The notes beneath the pieces were generated by a model. It did not search any database and was not told the DNA's origin. It saw nothing but the letters and a program-made list of their open reading frames with translations. From positions 295,554,001 to 295,618,000 of the forward strand of contig OZ024741.1 in NCBI GenBank assembly GCA_964016885.1: a stretch of 64,000 nt of DNA, given 5' to 3'. Of the stretch, positions 28,060 to 40,219 are shown piece by piece. The position numbers and the translations under genes are program-made. The first letter of the stretch is position 1; each line of letters opens with the position of its first letter. The DNA comes from Eledone cirrhosa (taxonomy: Eukaryota).

Positions 28060-29208
28060 GATGGTAGTGGTAGTGGTGCAGGTGATGGAGGGGGGTAGTG
28101 GTGGTGGTGGGAGGGGGTAGTGGTGATGGTGTTGGTAGTGGAGGTGATGGTGGTGGAAGTGGTGGTGATGGTGGTGGAAGTGGGGGTGATGGTGGTGGAA
28201 GTGGGGGTGATGGTGGTGGAGGTGGAGGTGATGGTGGTGGAAGTGGAGGTGATGGTGTTTGTAGTGGAAGTGATGGTGTTTGTAGTGGAGATGATGGTGG
28301 TGGAAGTGGAGGTGATGTGGTAGAAGGGGATGTGATGGTGGTGGAAGTGGAGGTGATGGTGGTGGAACTGGGGGTGATGGTGGTGGAGGTGGAGGTGATG
28401 GTGGTAGAAATGGAGGTAATGGTGTTGGTGGAAGTGGAGGTGATGGTGGTAGAAGGGGATGTGGTGGTGGTGGAAGTGGAGGTGATGGTGGTGGAAGTGG
28501 AGGTGATGGTGGTGGTAGTGGAGGTGATGGTGGTGGGAGTGGAGGTGGTGGTGGTGGAAGGGGATGTGGTGGTGGTGGAAGTGGAGGTGATGGTGGTAGA
28601 AGGGGATGTGATGGTGGTGGTAGTGGAGGTGATGGTGGTGGAAGGGGATGTGATGGTGGTAGAAGTGGAGGTGATGGTGGTAGAAGGGGATGTGATGGTG
28701 GTAGAAGTGGAGGTGATGGTGGTGGAAGTGGAGGTGATGGTGGTAGAAGTGGAGGTAATGGTGGTGGTAGTGGAAGTGATGGTGGTGGTGGAAGTGGAGT
28801 TGATAATGGTAGAAGTGGAGGTGATGGTGGTGGAAGTGGAGGTAATGGTGGTGGTAGTGGAGGTGATGGTGTTGGTGGAAGTGGAGGTGATGGTGTTGGT
28901 AGTGGAGGTGATGGTGGTGGAAGTGGAGGTGATGGTGGTGGTAGTGGAGGTGATGGTGGTGGTAGTGGATGTGATGGTGTTGGTGGAAGTGGAGATGATG
29001 GTGGTAGAAGTGGAGGTGATGATGGTGGTAGTGGATGTGATGGTGTTGGTGGAAGTGGAGGTGATGGTGTTGGTAGTGGAGGTGATGGTGGTGGAAGTGG
29101 AGGTGATGGTGGTGGTAGTGGAGGTGATGGTGGTGGTAGTGGATGTGATGGTGGTGGTGGTAGTGGATGTGATGGTGTTGGTGGAAATGGAGATGATGGT
29201 GGGAGGGG
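28060..29208. repeat. G-rich degenerate ~21-bp repeat (GGTGATGGTGGTGGAAGTGGA)n
   Basis: Direct reading. Confidence 0.9.
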
Positions 29209-29406
29209 TTTACTCTTTTAGTTAAAGCTACTGTGTTTTCTTCTGCCTCTTTTCATCATAATGTCAGAGGAGGAAGGGGAGGAGGGAAAGAAAAAGAAAA
29301 AGAAAAAGAAAAAGAAAAAGAAAAAGAAAAAGAAAAAGAAAAAGAAAAAGAAAAAAAATCAAATGAAGAGAAAAATAAGAAAGGGGGCAAACAGAATTTC
29401 AATCAG

Positions 29407-29482
<76 letters not shown>

Positions 29483-29649
29483 GCCTTTCCATCCTCCCAG
29501 ATATCCACAAAAAACAGAATTTCAATCAGGTATTCTCTCTCCTGCCACTCCATCCACGACATCCACAAAAAATCAGATTGTGTAGTCATAATTAGATTGT
29601 GATAAAAACAATGAAATAAAACAAAATGTTTAAAAAGAATTGAAAATGG

Positions 29650-30040
29650 GAACAAAAACAACAACAACAACAATAACTATAAGAACAGCAAATTAACAAC
29701 AATAACAAAAATTATACAACATTAATAGCAACAACTATAATAATAACAACAGCAACAACTACAAAAACAATAGCAACAATAACAACAACTACAATAGCAA
29801 CAGCAACAATAAAAACAACTGCAATAAAAACTACATTAACAACAGCAAATTAACAACAATAAAACAACAACAATGACAATAGCAACAATAACAATAACAA
29901 CTACAGTAACAAAAACAATGTTAACAACAACTACAACAACAATAAAACAACAACTACAATAACAACTAAAACCACAGAATTAGCAAGAATCACAACAAAA
30001 ATATACACAGCAACAATAACAACCACACAACAAAATAATA
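29650..30040. repeat. Degenerate (AAC/AAT)n tract
   Basis: Direct reading. Confidence 0.85.
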
Positions 30041-30096
30041 CACACAGAAAATAGAATTACATTTTTTGTTAATTAGTTTACAATCATTATGATTTG

Positions 30097-30260
30097 GAAG
30101 GCAGTGGATTGGCAGTATCGGTAGAGGATCGGACTCCATGCTTTGATGCATAGAGTTACGGCCCATGCCATTCTGAGTTCAAATCCCACCGAGGTTAACT
30201 TTGCTTTTCATCCTTACGGGGTCGATAAAATAAAGTACCAGTAATGTACTGGGTAATTGT
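30097..30260 (+). mobile_element. SINE family A copy with tRNA-like head
   Basis: ggcagtggattggcagtatcggtagag ... gagttcaaatcccaccgaggttaac. Confidence 0.75.
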
Positions 30261-30270
30261 TCATGTAAAC

Positions 30271-30552
30271 CACTGTATATTCGCGGAATCGTAGATATCT
30301 TACACAATTTTGTTATGGCTTTTTTTCGTGGCAATATATATATTTTAGCACTGAATTATTAATAACAATATACCGTATTTGCTGGCCTATTGGACGACCC
30401 TTTGTATTAGACACTCCTTCTTTTTTATTATATTTTACGTTATATTTTGATGTTTATAGGCAATTTTATGGATCACGTCCAATATTCGTGGTTTTTCACT
30501 CTTCGCGGGTGCTCTAGGAACATAAAACCCGTGAATACCGGGGAAAAACTGT
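30271..30552. mobile_element. Probable Tc1/pogo-type MITE remnant
   Basis: tattcgcgg near the left end and ccgtgaataccggggaaaaactg|ta at the right end. Confidence 0.4.
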
Positions 30553-31097
30553 ATATATATATATGTGTGTGTTTTGCAAGATTCTTGATGTGAAATCGTG
30601 TGTTGAAACAGATACTGTTATCTTTGGGAATGCCATGCTGCCATTAAAACTCATGCATCAGTTGAAGTTCACTTCAATTTTATAATTATTTAGGTAACTA
30701 ATCCATATCTTGGTTAATTTAGTAAGCAGACATTTAATTGTCAAAATTCTTTTGCCACATATTATGTGACCTTCTCAATTATTAATTCTGAAATGTTATA
30801 CTATATAAATTAAAATTAATTATAATACACATCTTCGTATCAAAATAAATAATTACATTTTAGATGATTAATTAATTGGTACTAGCTGATAAGACAAGGC
30901 TGGTTAATTGCTAATCGGCCAGTTTACTTATTGCTGCATCACTAATACACACACTAACACTCATACACACATACAGATATGAGTGTGTGTGTATGTATGT
31001 GGGAATGTGTGTGTATATATATATATATATATACAATACATACATATACATACATACATATGTAAATATATATATATATATATATGTAAATAAATAT

Positions 31098-31263
31098 ATC
31101 ATCATCATGATCATCATCATCGTTTAACGTCCATCTTCCACGCTTGCATGGGTTTGGACGGGAATTTTCCCACTTGAGGCAAGATTGGTTGTCTTGCTCG
31201 TATAGGACTGTCTGGCGGGTTTTCTACGGCTGGATGCCCTTCCTAACACCAACCACGTTTACA
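31098..31263 (-). mobile_element. RTE-type LINE 3' tail
   Basis: Near-identical to the reverse complement of 2742-2900. Confidence 0.75.
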
Positions 31264-31295
31264 TATGTATATATATATATATATATATACATATG

Positions 31296-31347
<52 letters not shown>

Positions 31348-31943
31348 AATGAAAAATGGTGTGCTGCGTTGTTGCGAATGTGATACATATGAAATAAAAA
31401 TAAAGCAAGAAACAGGACTGTCCATCATCAGTGATCTTCTGACTATCATCGGTATTTCTTCGTATTAAAGACCAGATACCTCAAGTCAGCACAAGTAATA
31501 ACTAAAATAAGTTATTGGGATAAAAAGAATTGGGTGGAGAAAGAGAGACATGTAAACAAACATAAATGGTAAGGCAACGTAAAGAGAGGAAAATGAGAAA
31601 ACAAGTCAGTGATACATGTGAACTTAAGTTCTAGAAAATCATTGATGAGAAGAAGAAGGGCGCGTCTGAACCCTGCGAAATGTGAGCGAGAAAAGGATTT
31701 CACACAGGTCAGATGGGAGGAAGTGAGAGAGGGGAGTAGCAGAGAGGGAGTGAGTGAAAGTGTGAGGAAGAGGCTGGCCAAGAGAGGGTGACCAGCAGAG
31801 GAGGTGAATGAAAGTAAGAGGTACAAGGAGAGAGAAAAAGAGAATAGCAGTAAGGTGATAGAAAAAGAGGGGTCACAGCGAGGGGCAAAAATAGAGGAAT
31901 GAAAAATGGCGTGCTGCATTGTTGCGAATGTGATACATATGAA

Positions 31944-31946
<3 letters not shown>
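31348..31946 (-). mobile_element. Partial-tandem non-coding cassette (about 550-bp period) with a structured RNA motif
   Basis: Direct repeat 31348-31396 / 31898-31946, (TA)n flanks, homolog at 39263-39400. Confidence 0.55.
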
Positions 31947-31986
<40 letters not shown>

Positions 31987-31989
31987 CGT

Positions 31990-32032
<43 letters not shown>

Positions 32033-32068
32033 TGTGTGTGTGTGGGTGTGTGTGTGAAGTGTGTAAAT

Positions 32069-32905
32069 ATATGGCAGACCGTTTTGCTGAACATTTGAGG
32101 AACATACGACTCGGTTTGGATACTCCTGTCGCCTGTCATTTCTGTTCTCCTGGTCATTCTTCCCTACATGTTTCAATCCTGGGTGTCCTTTTATATCATG
32201 GATCACATGCCTCGTGCACCAGGACTGAACAAAGTCTGATTCACCACCTTGGGTCCTATTCCCCTCTTGGACTTAACTCACCTCCCCAATTTCTGTAATA
32301 CCCCGTACGTTATCACACCCCTAGATTCCTATTGCTTTCTCTTGATCATTAACATCTTCTCTTACAACTAATACATACCGATTATATATGTTCACTCCAC
32401 TTTTCCCTTCACTGCTCTGTATACACTCATACACACCCTTATATTAACATACTTTTGCTCATAGCTTCATACTTACATGCACACACTCTCTTTTACTCAC
32501 ATATACACACACATTTCTTCTTAGCTTCGTACAGACGTATAATAACACACACACAAACACATGCTTACGCTCGTGCACAAGTATAGCTCTTTTTACAAAA
32601 TGTTTTTTTTTCCATTTCAGGTAGACACGCTCCATCATCCACTTTTCTAAAAAATAAATCATACACAAAACACCAGCACCAACAGTTTTGCAAGAGATGT
32701 CAACATGAATGGACCTGTTATTTTTATCTAAAGACATTTTTTCCAATTCCAACCCGCCCGTCCCCTCCATCTATCTTATTTCTCATTCTTTCTTCTGATG
32801 AAGGACTAGCGTCTGAAACGTTAAGACCCTCTTCCTGCTATTTCAAGCGTTAAACTAATATATTCCTTCCCTATACTGTACCGATTGTGTTGTTAATTCT
32901 GTTTA
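32069..32905 (+). mobile_element. Penelope-like element 3' fragment (Neptune-like GIY-YIG C-terminus plus pLTR)
   Basis: RFAEHLRNI...PVACHF...GHS...EQSLIHHLGSYSPLGLN, followed by a 3'UTR carrying an HHR. Confidence 0.8.
32791..32826 (+). ncRNA. Minimal hammerhead ribozyme (palindromic AACGTT stem III)
   Basis: tctt-CTGATGA-a ggac tagc gtct-GAAAC-GTT-aaga. Confidence 0.8.
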
Positions 32906-32913
32906 CCTTTTAC

Positions 32914-32957
<44 letters not shown>

Positions 32958-33056
32958 CTGTTTTTATATGTAGTGTAATAATGATGTGTCAGGACATGGT
33001 CGATGGCTACATCAGAGTGTATATTGACAAGAGTAGTTAAGCTTATATATATATAC

Positions 33057-33087
<31 letters not shown>

Positions 33088-33132
33088 CATATCTATGTGT
33101 GTGTGCATATCTATGTGTGTGTGTTGGCAACA

Positions 33133-33278
33133 GGAATTTTTCTGATTCCGCGCTCCCCGTCTCTTCAAACTTTCTATTTTCTCATTCTTTCTTCTGATGA
33201 TCCAAAACGTTAAGACCCTCTTCCTGCTATTTCAAGTGTTAAACTAATATATTCCTTCCATATACTGTACCGATTGTT
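33133..33278 (+). mobile_element. Second pLTR copy with stem II of the hammerhead deleted
   Basis: Repeats 32738-32886; tctt-CTGATGA-tccaaaacgtt-aaga. Confidence 0.65.
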
Positions 33279-33289
33279 CACAAGTGATA

Positions 33290-33838
33290 GAAGGCAGATA
33301 GCTTAATTAAGTGAAAGAATTGCAGGAGCTGGTGCAGTAATGTGCCAGCTTTAGCATTCAGTGATCAGAAGCAAGGAGGTAAGCATAAAAGCCAAACTCG
33401 CAATCTTCAATTTGGTATTTGTGCTAACCCTTGCCTATGGTCAGGAATTTTGGGTAATGACCGAAAGTATACGATTGCGAATATAAGTAGCCATAATGAA
33501 GTATCGCCAAAGGCTCTTTCAAGTAACGTTACTCGATGCAGTGCATAGCTCAGAGATCAGCGAGTCACTCCAGGTAGAGCCACTACTTCTCTGAATTGAG
33601 AGATCACAACTCTGATAGTATGGGCATGTAGTTAGAATGTCTCAGGAATGAATCACTGGACAGATTTTATGAGCAAAACCAGCTGGCAGGAGACCCAGAG
33701 GTAGACCCCGAGCAAGATGGTTCAATAACATCTATGAGCTTGGTTAATCTCAGTTGGAGATAGTTGCTTCTGACAGGACCTGCTGGAAGGAGTGTTTGAA
33801 GATTCTGCCACCACGACCCTCTCAGCAATAACAAGAAG
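33290..33838 (+). mobile_element. Degraded RTE-like LINE 3' portion
   Basis: Frameshifted remnants resembling IERSQL..GHVVRM and RRPRGRP.ARW. Confidence 0.55.
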
Positions 33839-33917
33839 ATATACATACATATATATATACACATATATATAGATATATACATACACGCATATATATATAC
33901 ATATATACATATATACA

Positions 33918-34281
33918 TGAGGAGAATGCATGGGAAGAAGAGACCCTACCCCAAGTAGACCCTATAGAGGGGCCAGCAGTACAAGTCAGCAGCAGCTTAG
34001 TAAGTAAGGCAATCAAAGATATGAAGATGGGAAAGGCAACCGGTCCATCGGGTATAGCTGCCGAGATGCTGAAGGCATCTGGGTCTGTAGGTCACACTAT
34101 AACCACACGTATTGTTAACCAGGTAATACTAGAAGGTGTCATACCAAAAGATTGGTGCTGTAGCATCATTGTCAACTGCTACAAAGGTAAAGGTATGAGA
34201 CACTGCCCACAACAGGACAACCCGTCTAACCCATGCTAGTGTGGAAGAACGGACGTAAAACGGTGATGATGATGATGATGA
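33918..34281 (+). mobile_element. Internally deleted copy of the young RTE family
   Basis: KMGKATGPSGIAAEMLKA...IVNCYKGKG fused directly to the family's terminal about 80 bp and (GAT)n tail. Confidence 0.75.
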
Positions 34282-34304
34282 CATATATACATATATACAT
34301 ATAT

Positions 34305-34510
34305 CACCGACATCCAGAGTTGACATTGCACTCAGTGCTCCTGTGGGAGCCCCACATGGACACACTATAAGAGGAAGACCAAGGTTAACGTATGTTGATG
34401 CCCTAAGGACAGACACTGGTCTGTTGGAGACGCAGGACATGAGGGACAGAGACCGCTGGAGAGAACTCGTCCATGGATCTCGGGAATTTTACCCGCCTTA
34501 GATAGATATA
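34305..34510 (+). mobile_element. RTE-like LINE 3' fragment (different family)
   Basis: LLWEPHM / RGRPRLTYVDALRTDTG...MRDRDRWR peptides. Confidence 0.6.
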
Positions 34511-35036
34511 CATACATATATATATATATATACATACATACATTATGGCTGTAAACTCTGCTAAGAGTACTGCAATCGCTTGTCAGATTACAGAATTTGG
34601 TGCACTTTTAGGCTACGGCTAGTCACACAAACCTGTAACATACCCTGAACAAGCAATGCCTGTGATTTGAAGGTTTTTTTAAGTGAGGAAAGGCTTTGCA
34701 CTCGACCAATCCCACTCTCTGAGCATCGAAAACACTACCCGAAAAGGAGCTGCAGGTCTTTTCAGAGTTTCCCTCTCCTAGAAAGGTGTTGTGACAACAA
34801 CTGGGGTTTTTTACTCCCTGGTGAAAAAAAAAAAAAGTACTATTTGGATGGCTGTTGACTCTGTTGTGTTCCTCCGCCCTTCACCGGGTCTTGTATTTCA
34901 TCCCGCAGGGTGTCCAAATATCACGCTCCTCACCAAGCAAGCTTGGTGGGGTTGTTGGCTTAGTCGCCGACAACCCCACCATGAGACTGGTTGTACATAT
35001 ATGCATACATACATATATACATGCATATATATATAT

Positions 35037-35280
35037 ATTAATTAAAATGTTATTTGTCTCTAATACTTAGACATCTCAATGAATGGATAAAATATACAGA
35101 TAAGATATCACTCAGAAAAGCAATCTTACATTAAACTTATGCCAAATAATAGAGTATTTTGGCATAAGTTTAATGTGTAAAATTGCTTCTCTAAATGATA
35201 TCTTCTCTGTATAATTTATGTTTATTTTATCCATTCATTGAGATGTCTAAGTATTAGAGACAAGTAACCTTTTAATTAAT
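35037..35280. repeat. About 245-bp imperfect palindrome
   Basis: Arms tgtctctaatacttagacatctcaatgaatggataaaata and its reverse complement; centre ttatgccaaa-taatagagtat-tttggcataa. Confidence 0.85.
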
Positions 35281-35654
35281 ATTAACAACTCTGTCATTGT
35301 AAGTTGATTTAAACTGGTTTTTTTTGCTGATATTTCTAGCGTTATTATAAGCCTATTGTATTGTTGTAATATATATATAGAGAGATTTATTCATTTAGTA
35401 GTTCAACAAAGCAACGTGTTGGGCATCATGGGGTTTCGGCAACAAAATGGTCTGTATACTTTATGATCAATATCTCCTCTTGTTCCTAAGAAAAAAACGA
35501 ATTATTCCAGTATTGGTTATTCCAATGGTTTGAAATGGCTGGTATTGTTTCTTTTGTTTTTGAAACCAGGGTAAGGAGACGTTTATATGAGTAAGACTTT
35601 CTTATTTTAGTCTGTCTGATTTATACTCCCCAAAAAAGAGTTTTTTGGCATAAG

Positions 35655-35700
<46 letters not shown>

Positions 35701-35704
<4 letters not shown>

Positions 35705-35806
35705 GGCTTCTACAGGACTAGAACTGTTTCATTCGAAAAAAAATCATCAGGAAAGCTCTGATGATTTCCTTCGAATGAAACAGTTCTATTCCTGTAGAAG
35801 CCATTT
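35701..35806. ncRNA. Back-to-back inverted pair of hammerhead motifs
   Basis: Minus 35706-35756 and plus 35755-35801, each CTGATGA...gaat-GAAACAG...CTGTA-gaagc. Confidence 0.75.
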
Positions 35807-35880
35807 CTATATTAAATATTTATACTCTGCTATGTATTGAGTACCTTACTTACTGCATTACCCCCGATTGAACCCGGGAT

Positions 35881-35913
<33 letters not shown>

Positions 35914-36243
35914 CCAACATGTATGTATATGCATCTGTAAATGTGGTTGATGTTAGGAAGCCATCCAGCTGTAAAAAACCTGCCAGAGATGCTTCCCTGC
36001 GAGCGAGACACAGTCTCCCGACCATTCCCGCATCAAATGTAACAAAACCGTCTAACCCATGCTAGCGTGGAAGATGGACGTTAAACGATGACGATGATGA
36101 CGATATATATATATAAATGCACGTTGGTAAATAGATATTTGTATGTAATGCCAATAAATATAAGATGCTTGTCTCTATATTGTCTGATGTAAACATGTCA
36201 AAGCCATCAGGCATGTCCTGACACACCTCATTATTACACTGCA

Positions 36244-36425
36244 TGGTGGATTGGCAGTATTGGTAGAGGGTCGGACGCCATGCTTTGACGCATAGAGTTA
36301 CGTCCCTTGCCATTCTGAGTTCAAAATCCGCCGAGGTTAACCTTGCCTTATGGGGTCGATAAATTAAAGTACCAGTAATACACTGGGAAATTGCTGGCCT
36401 TGTGCCAAAAGTAGAAACAATTATT
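36244..36425 (+). mobile_element. SINE family A copy
   Basis: Matches 1-174; flanked by the direct repeat attattacactgcatg. Confidence 0.75.
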
Positions 36426-36450
36426 ACACTGCATGCTTTATACATTATAC

Positions 36451-37421
36451 TCATCATCACAAAATAGCAGTCATCATAGTCGTCATCATCACAAAATAGC
36501 AGTCATCATAGTCCTCATTATCACAAAATAGCAGTCATCATAGTCCTCATCATCACAAAATAGCAGTCATCATAGTCGTCATCATCACAAAATAGCAGTC
36601 ATCATAGTCCTCATCATCACAAAATAGCAGTCATCATAGTCCTCATCATCACAAAATAGCAGTCATCATAGTCCTCATTATCACAAAATAGCAGTCATCA
36701 TAGTCGTCATCATCACAAAATAGCAGTCATCATAGTCGTCATCATCACAAAATAGCAGTCATCATAGTCCTCATCATCACACAATAGCAGTCATCATAGT
36801 CGTCATCATCACAAAATAGCAGTCATCATAGTCCTCATCATCACACAATAGCAGTCATCATAGTCGTCATCATCACAAAATAGCAGTCATCATAGTCCTC
36901 ATCATCACACAATAGCAGTCATCATAGTCGTCATCATCACAAAATAGCAGTCATCATAGTCCTCATCATCACACAATAGCAGTCATCATAGTCCTCATCA
37001 TCACACAATAGCAGTCATCATAGTCCTCATCATCATACAATAGCAGTCATCATAGTCGTCATCATCACACAATAGCAGTCATCATAGTCCTCATCATCAC
37101 AAAATAGCAGTCATCATAGTCCTCATCATCACACAATAGCAGTCATCATAGTCGTCATCATCACAAAATAGCAGTCATCATAGTCCTCATCATCACACAA
37201 TAGCAGTCATCATAGTCCTCATCATCACACAATAGCAGTCATCATAGTCCTCATCATCATACAATAGCAGTCATCATAGTCGTCATCATCACACAATAGC
37301 AGTCATCATAGTCCTCATCATCACACAATAGCAGTCATCATAATCCTCATCATCACACAATAGCAGTCATCATAGTCGTCATCATCACACAATAGCAGTC
37401 ATCATAGTCCTCATCATCATC
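36451..37421. repeat. 32-bp minisatellite (TCATCATCACAAAATAGCAGTCATCATAGTCC)n
   Basis: Period 32 measured between 36461 and 36493; about 30 units. Confidence 0.95.
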
Positions 37422-37713
37422 ACCATATCACTTAATTCAACCATACTAAACCAAAGCACATTTGGTAGCCACAGTCTTTACAATATATCACTGCATAAAA
37501 GGCATGTGTGTACATATATCTCCCCATGGGCACAGGTACACCATATACTAGCATTTCATATGAGGCAAATAAAAGGTTTGGCACTAGAAAGGGCAACTGG
37601 CCATAAAACAATCCCTCAAATATAACCCCATGATGGGTGTCATTAAACTTATTCTAGGGTCTGCCAGACTAACCCTTGCCTTAGCAGGGAAAATGAATGG
37701 CCTTATAATGCTT

Positions 37714-37773
<60 letters not shown>

Positions 37774-38541
37774 TCCTCACTCTCTCTCTCTCACACACAC
37801 ACTTCCTCTCTTTCAAACACATTCTCTCTCACACACTCTTCCTCTCTTTCAAACGCTTCCTCTCTCTCTCTCTCTCTCTCTCTATTTCCTATTCCTCACT
37901 CTCTCTCTTTCCTACTCCTCACTCTCTCTCTCTCACACACACTTCCTCTTTTTCAAACACACACTATCTCTCTCTCCCTCCCTCCCTTTCTCTCCTTCCC
38001 CAAGAGAGCTATAACAAAACTCCTTATCATAGTCTCTACTTTCCCACACACTCTCTCTCCTACTCTCTATCTCTCTCTCTCTCTCTCTCTCCTACTCTCT
38101 ATCTCTCTTTCTCCTACTCTCTCTCTCTCTCTCTCCTACTCTCTCTCTCTCTCTCTCTCTCTCCTGCTGTTGTAAGAGAACTAGCCCTCACCCACCACAC
38201 ACACACCATCCCAATACTCATGTGATTAAAGTGATCATCATCATCAATCAATCAACCAATCAATCACTCATCACCAGAGTAAAGAATCAATATCAATATC
38301 ATTGACAACCGACTCTGATCTCTTCATACAACTTTCTCAACATTTATATATTTAATGGACTATACTCATGTACACACATTTCCATTCTGCTTCACACACA
38401 CACACACACACACAGAAACTAATATACATATATATATCATCATCATCATCATCATCATCATATATATATATATATATGTGTGTGTGTGTTTATTTATATA
38501 TATATATATATAAACACACACACACACATATTTATATATAT

Positions 38542-39103
38542 ATCATCATCATCATCATCATCAACGTTTAACGTCCGTGTTCCACGCTTGCATGGGTTTG
38601 GACGGGGGTAGTCCCACTTGAGGCAAGAGTGATTGTCTTGTTCGCATAGGACTGTCTGGCAGATTTTCTACAGTTGGATGCCCTTCCTAACACCAACCAC
38701 ATTTACAGTGTGGGGCTGGGAGGTTTTTACCGTGTTGCCTACACGGCCACATTACAGCGTAGACGGTCTGGCGGGTTTTCTACAGCTGGATGCCCTTCCT
38801 AACACCAACCACATTTACAGTGTGGGGCTGGGAGGTTTTTACCGTGTTGCCTACACGGCCACATTTACAGTGTGGACGGTCTGGCGGGTTTTCTACAGCT
38901 GGATGCCCTTCCTAACACCAACCACATTTACAGTGTGGGGCTGGGAGGTTTTTACCGTGTTGCCTACACGGCCACATTTACAGTGTGGACTGTGTGTTTT
39001 TTTGTCGTGACACCTACACGATCTCATTTGTTTCGGCCTGGATGGTGTGGCACCAACATAACTTTACATAGAACGGGGTGGTGTGGATGGGTGGGGGGGG
39101 GGG

Positions 39104-39105
<2 letters not shown>
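38542..39105 (-). mobile_element. RTE LINE 3'UTR with internal triplication of about 113 bp
   Basis: Homologous to 2575-2900; tctggc recurs at 38655, 38767 and 38880. Confidence 0.8.
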
Positions 39106-39149
<44 letters not shown>

Positions 39150-39156
<7 letters not shown>

Positions 39157-39241
39157 CTCTACGGTTCTTATATATTTGATATATATTTATCCTTATCGAG
39201 CCCTCTTTGGATTTTAGTCTTCAAATTTATTATTATTACTA
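39150..39241 (+). mobile_element. Solo 3'-terminal fragment of the Naiad-like PLE
   Basis: Nearly identical to 63670-63760; inside (TA)n. Confidence 0.8.
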
Positions 39242-39496
39242 TATATATATATATATATATGTAAATATGAGAATAAACATGGTGCGGAGTTGCAAATGGG
39301 TTACATATGAATAAAGTGGTCCTTCATCAGTGATCTTCCAACCATCATCGGTATTTCTTCGCTTTAAAGACCATATACCCCCGGTTGGTGCGAGCAACGG
39401 CTCAAGAAGGTAAGTTATTCCGGGGTGAATCAGAGGTAACCACAGTAAGTAAGGTACTCAATACATAGCAGAGTATAAAAGTTTTAATATAGATGA

Positions 39497-39545
39497 GATT
39501 CTACAGGACTAGAACTGTTTCATTCTTTAGAAATCATCAGGAATC
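39497..39545 (-). ncRNA. Type I hammerhead ribozyme
   Basis: Minus strand: gattc-CTGATGA-tttc taaa gaat-GAAAC-ag ttctagtc ct-GTA-gaatc. Confidence 0.85.
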
Positions 39546-39975
39546 TGGCTTTCCAAAATAAATGTTGTGGTATTTATATCTTTTCTGGTGGTAGGAGAGG
39601 GTGGGGAGTGGGATGGGTGGACGTCATTGGTTGAAAGAAAAGGGAATTCATTAAAAGCTAATTCTTTAAGGCTATAATTTATATTTAGAGTGACAAAGGC
39701 AGAAAGAATTCTATAAACATGTTCAAATTTTTTTTTCAAAGTTTCTCTTAAGCTAACAATGCCTATATTTCAGGTGTCTATAAGATGGTTGGGGTCGGTC
39801 ATGGTTGATGGATTTAAAGAAAAGGGAAATTCTTTAAAAGCTAATTCTTTAAAGCTCTACTTAGAGTGACAAAGGCCAAGAGAATTCTATAAACCAGTTC
39901 AAGATATTGGGTGCCTATCATATCATTATTGTCATGTTTCTCTTAAGCTATATTCCAGGTGTCAACAGATACATT

Positions 39976-40025
<50 letters not shown>

Positions 40026-40054
40026 GATATAGAATCTCATCTATATTAAAACTA

Positions 40055-40091
<37 letters not shown>

Positions 40092-40219
40092 GTACATATA
40101 TATATAAATATATATATATATATGTACATGTACATATATATCATCATCATCATCATCACTGTTACATATGTATATACATATATGTATATATACATATACA
40201 TATATATATAAATATACAT

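Noticed and set aside
28098-29225. 375-aa Gly/Val/Glu-rich ORF
   Set aside because: Translation of a G-rich simple repeat
31410-31495. HDV-like ribozyme, SECIS or C/D snoRNA assignment for the covarying motif
   Set aside because: No pyrimidine-rich L3/P3, helix too short for SECIS, and no upstream box C; left unclassified
27022-37421. CRISPR-like appearance of the 16-bp and 32-bp arrays
   Set aside because: Contiguous tandem units with no unique spacers, no cas genes, and a eukaryotic context
39959-40219. N-terminal extension of the 400-aa RTE ORF
   Set aside because: Read-through of flanking microsatellite; homology begins at 40220
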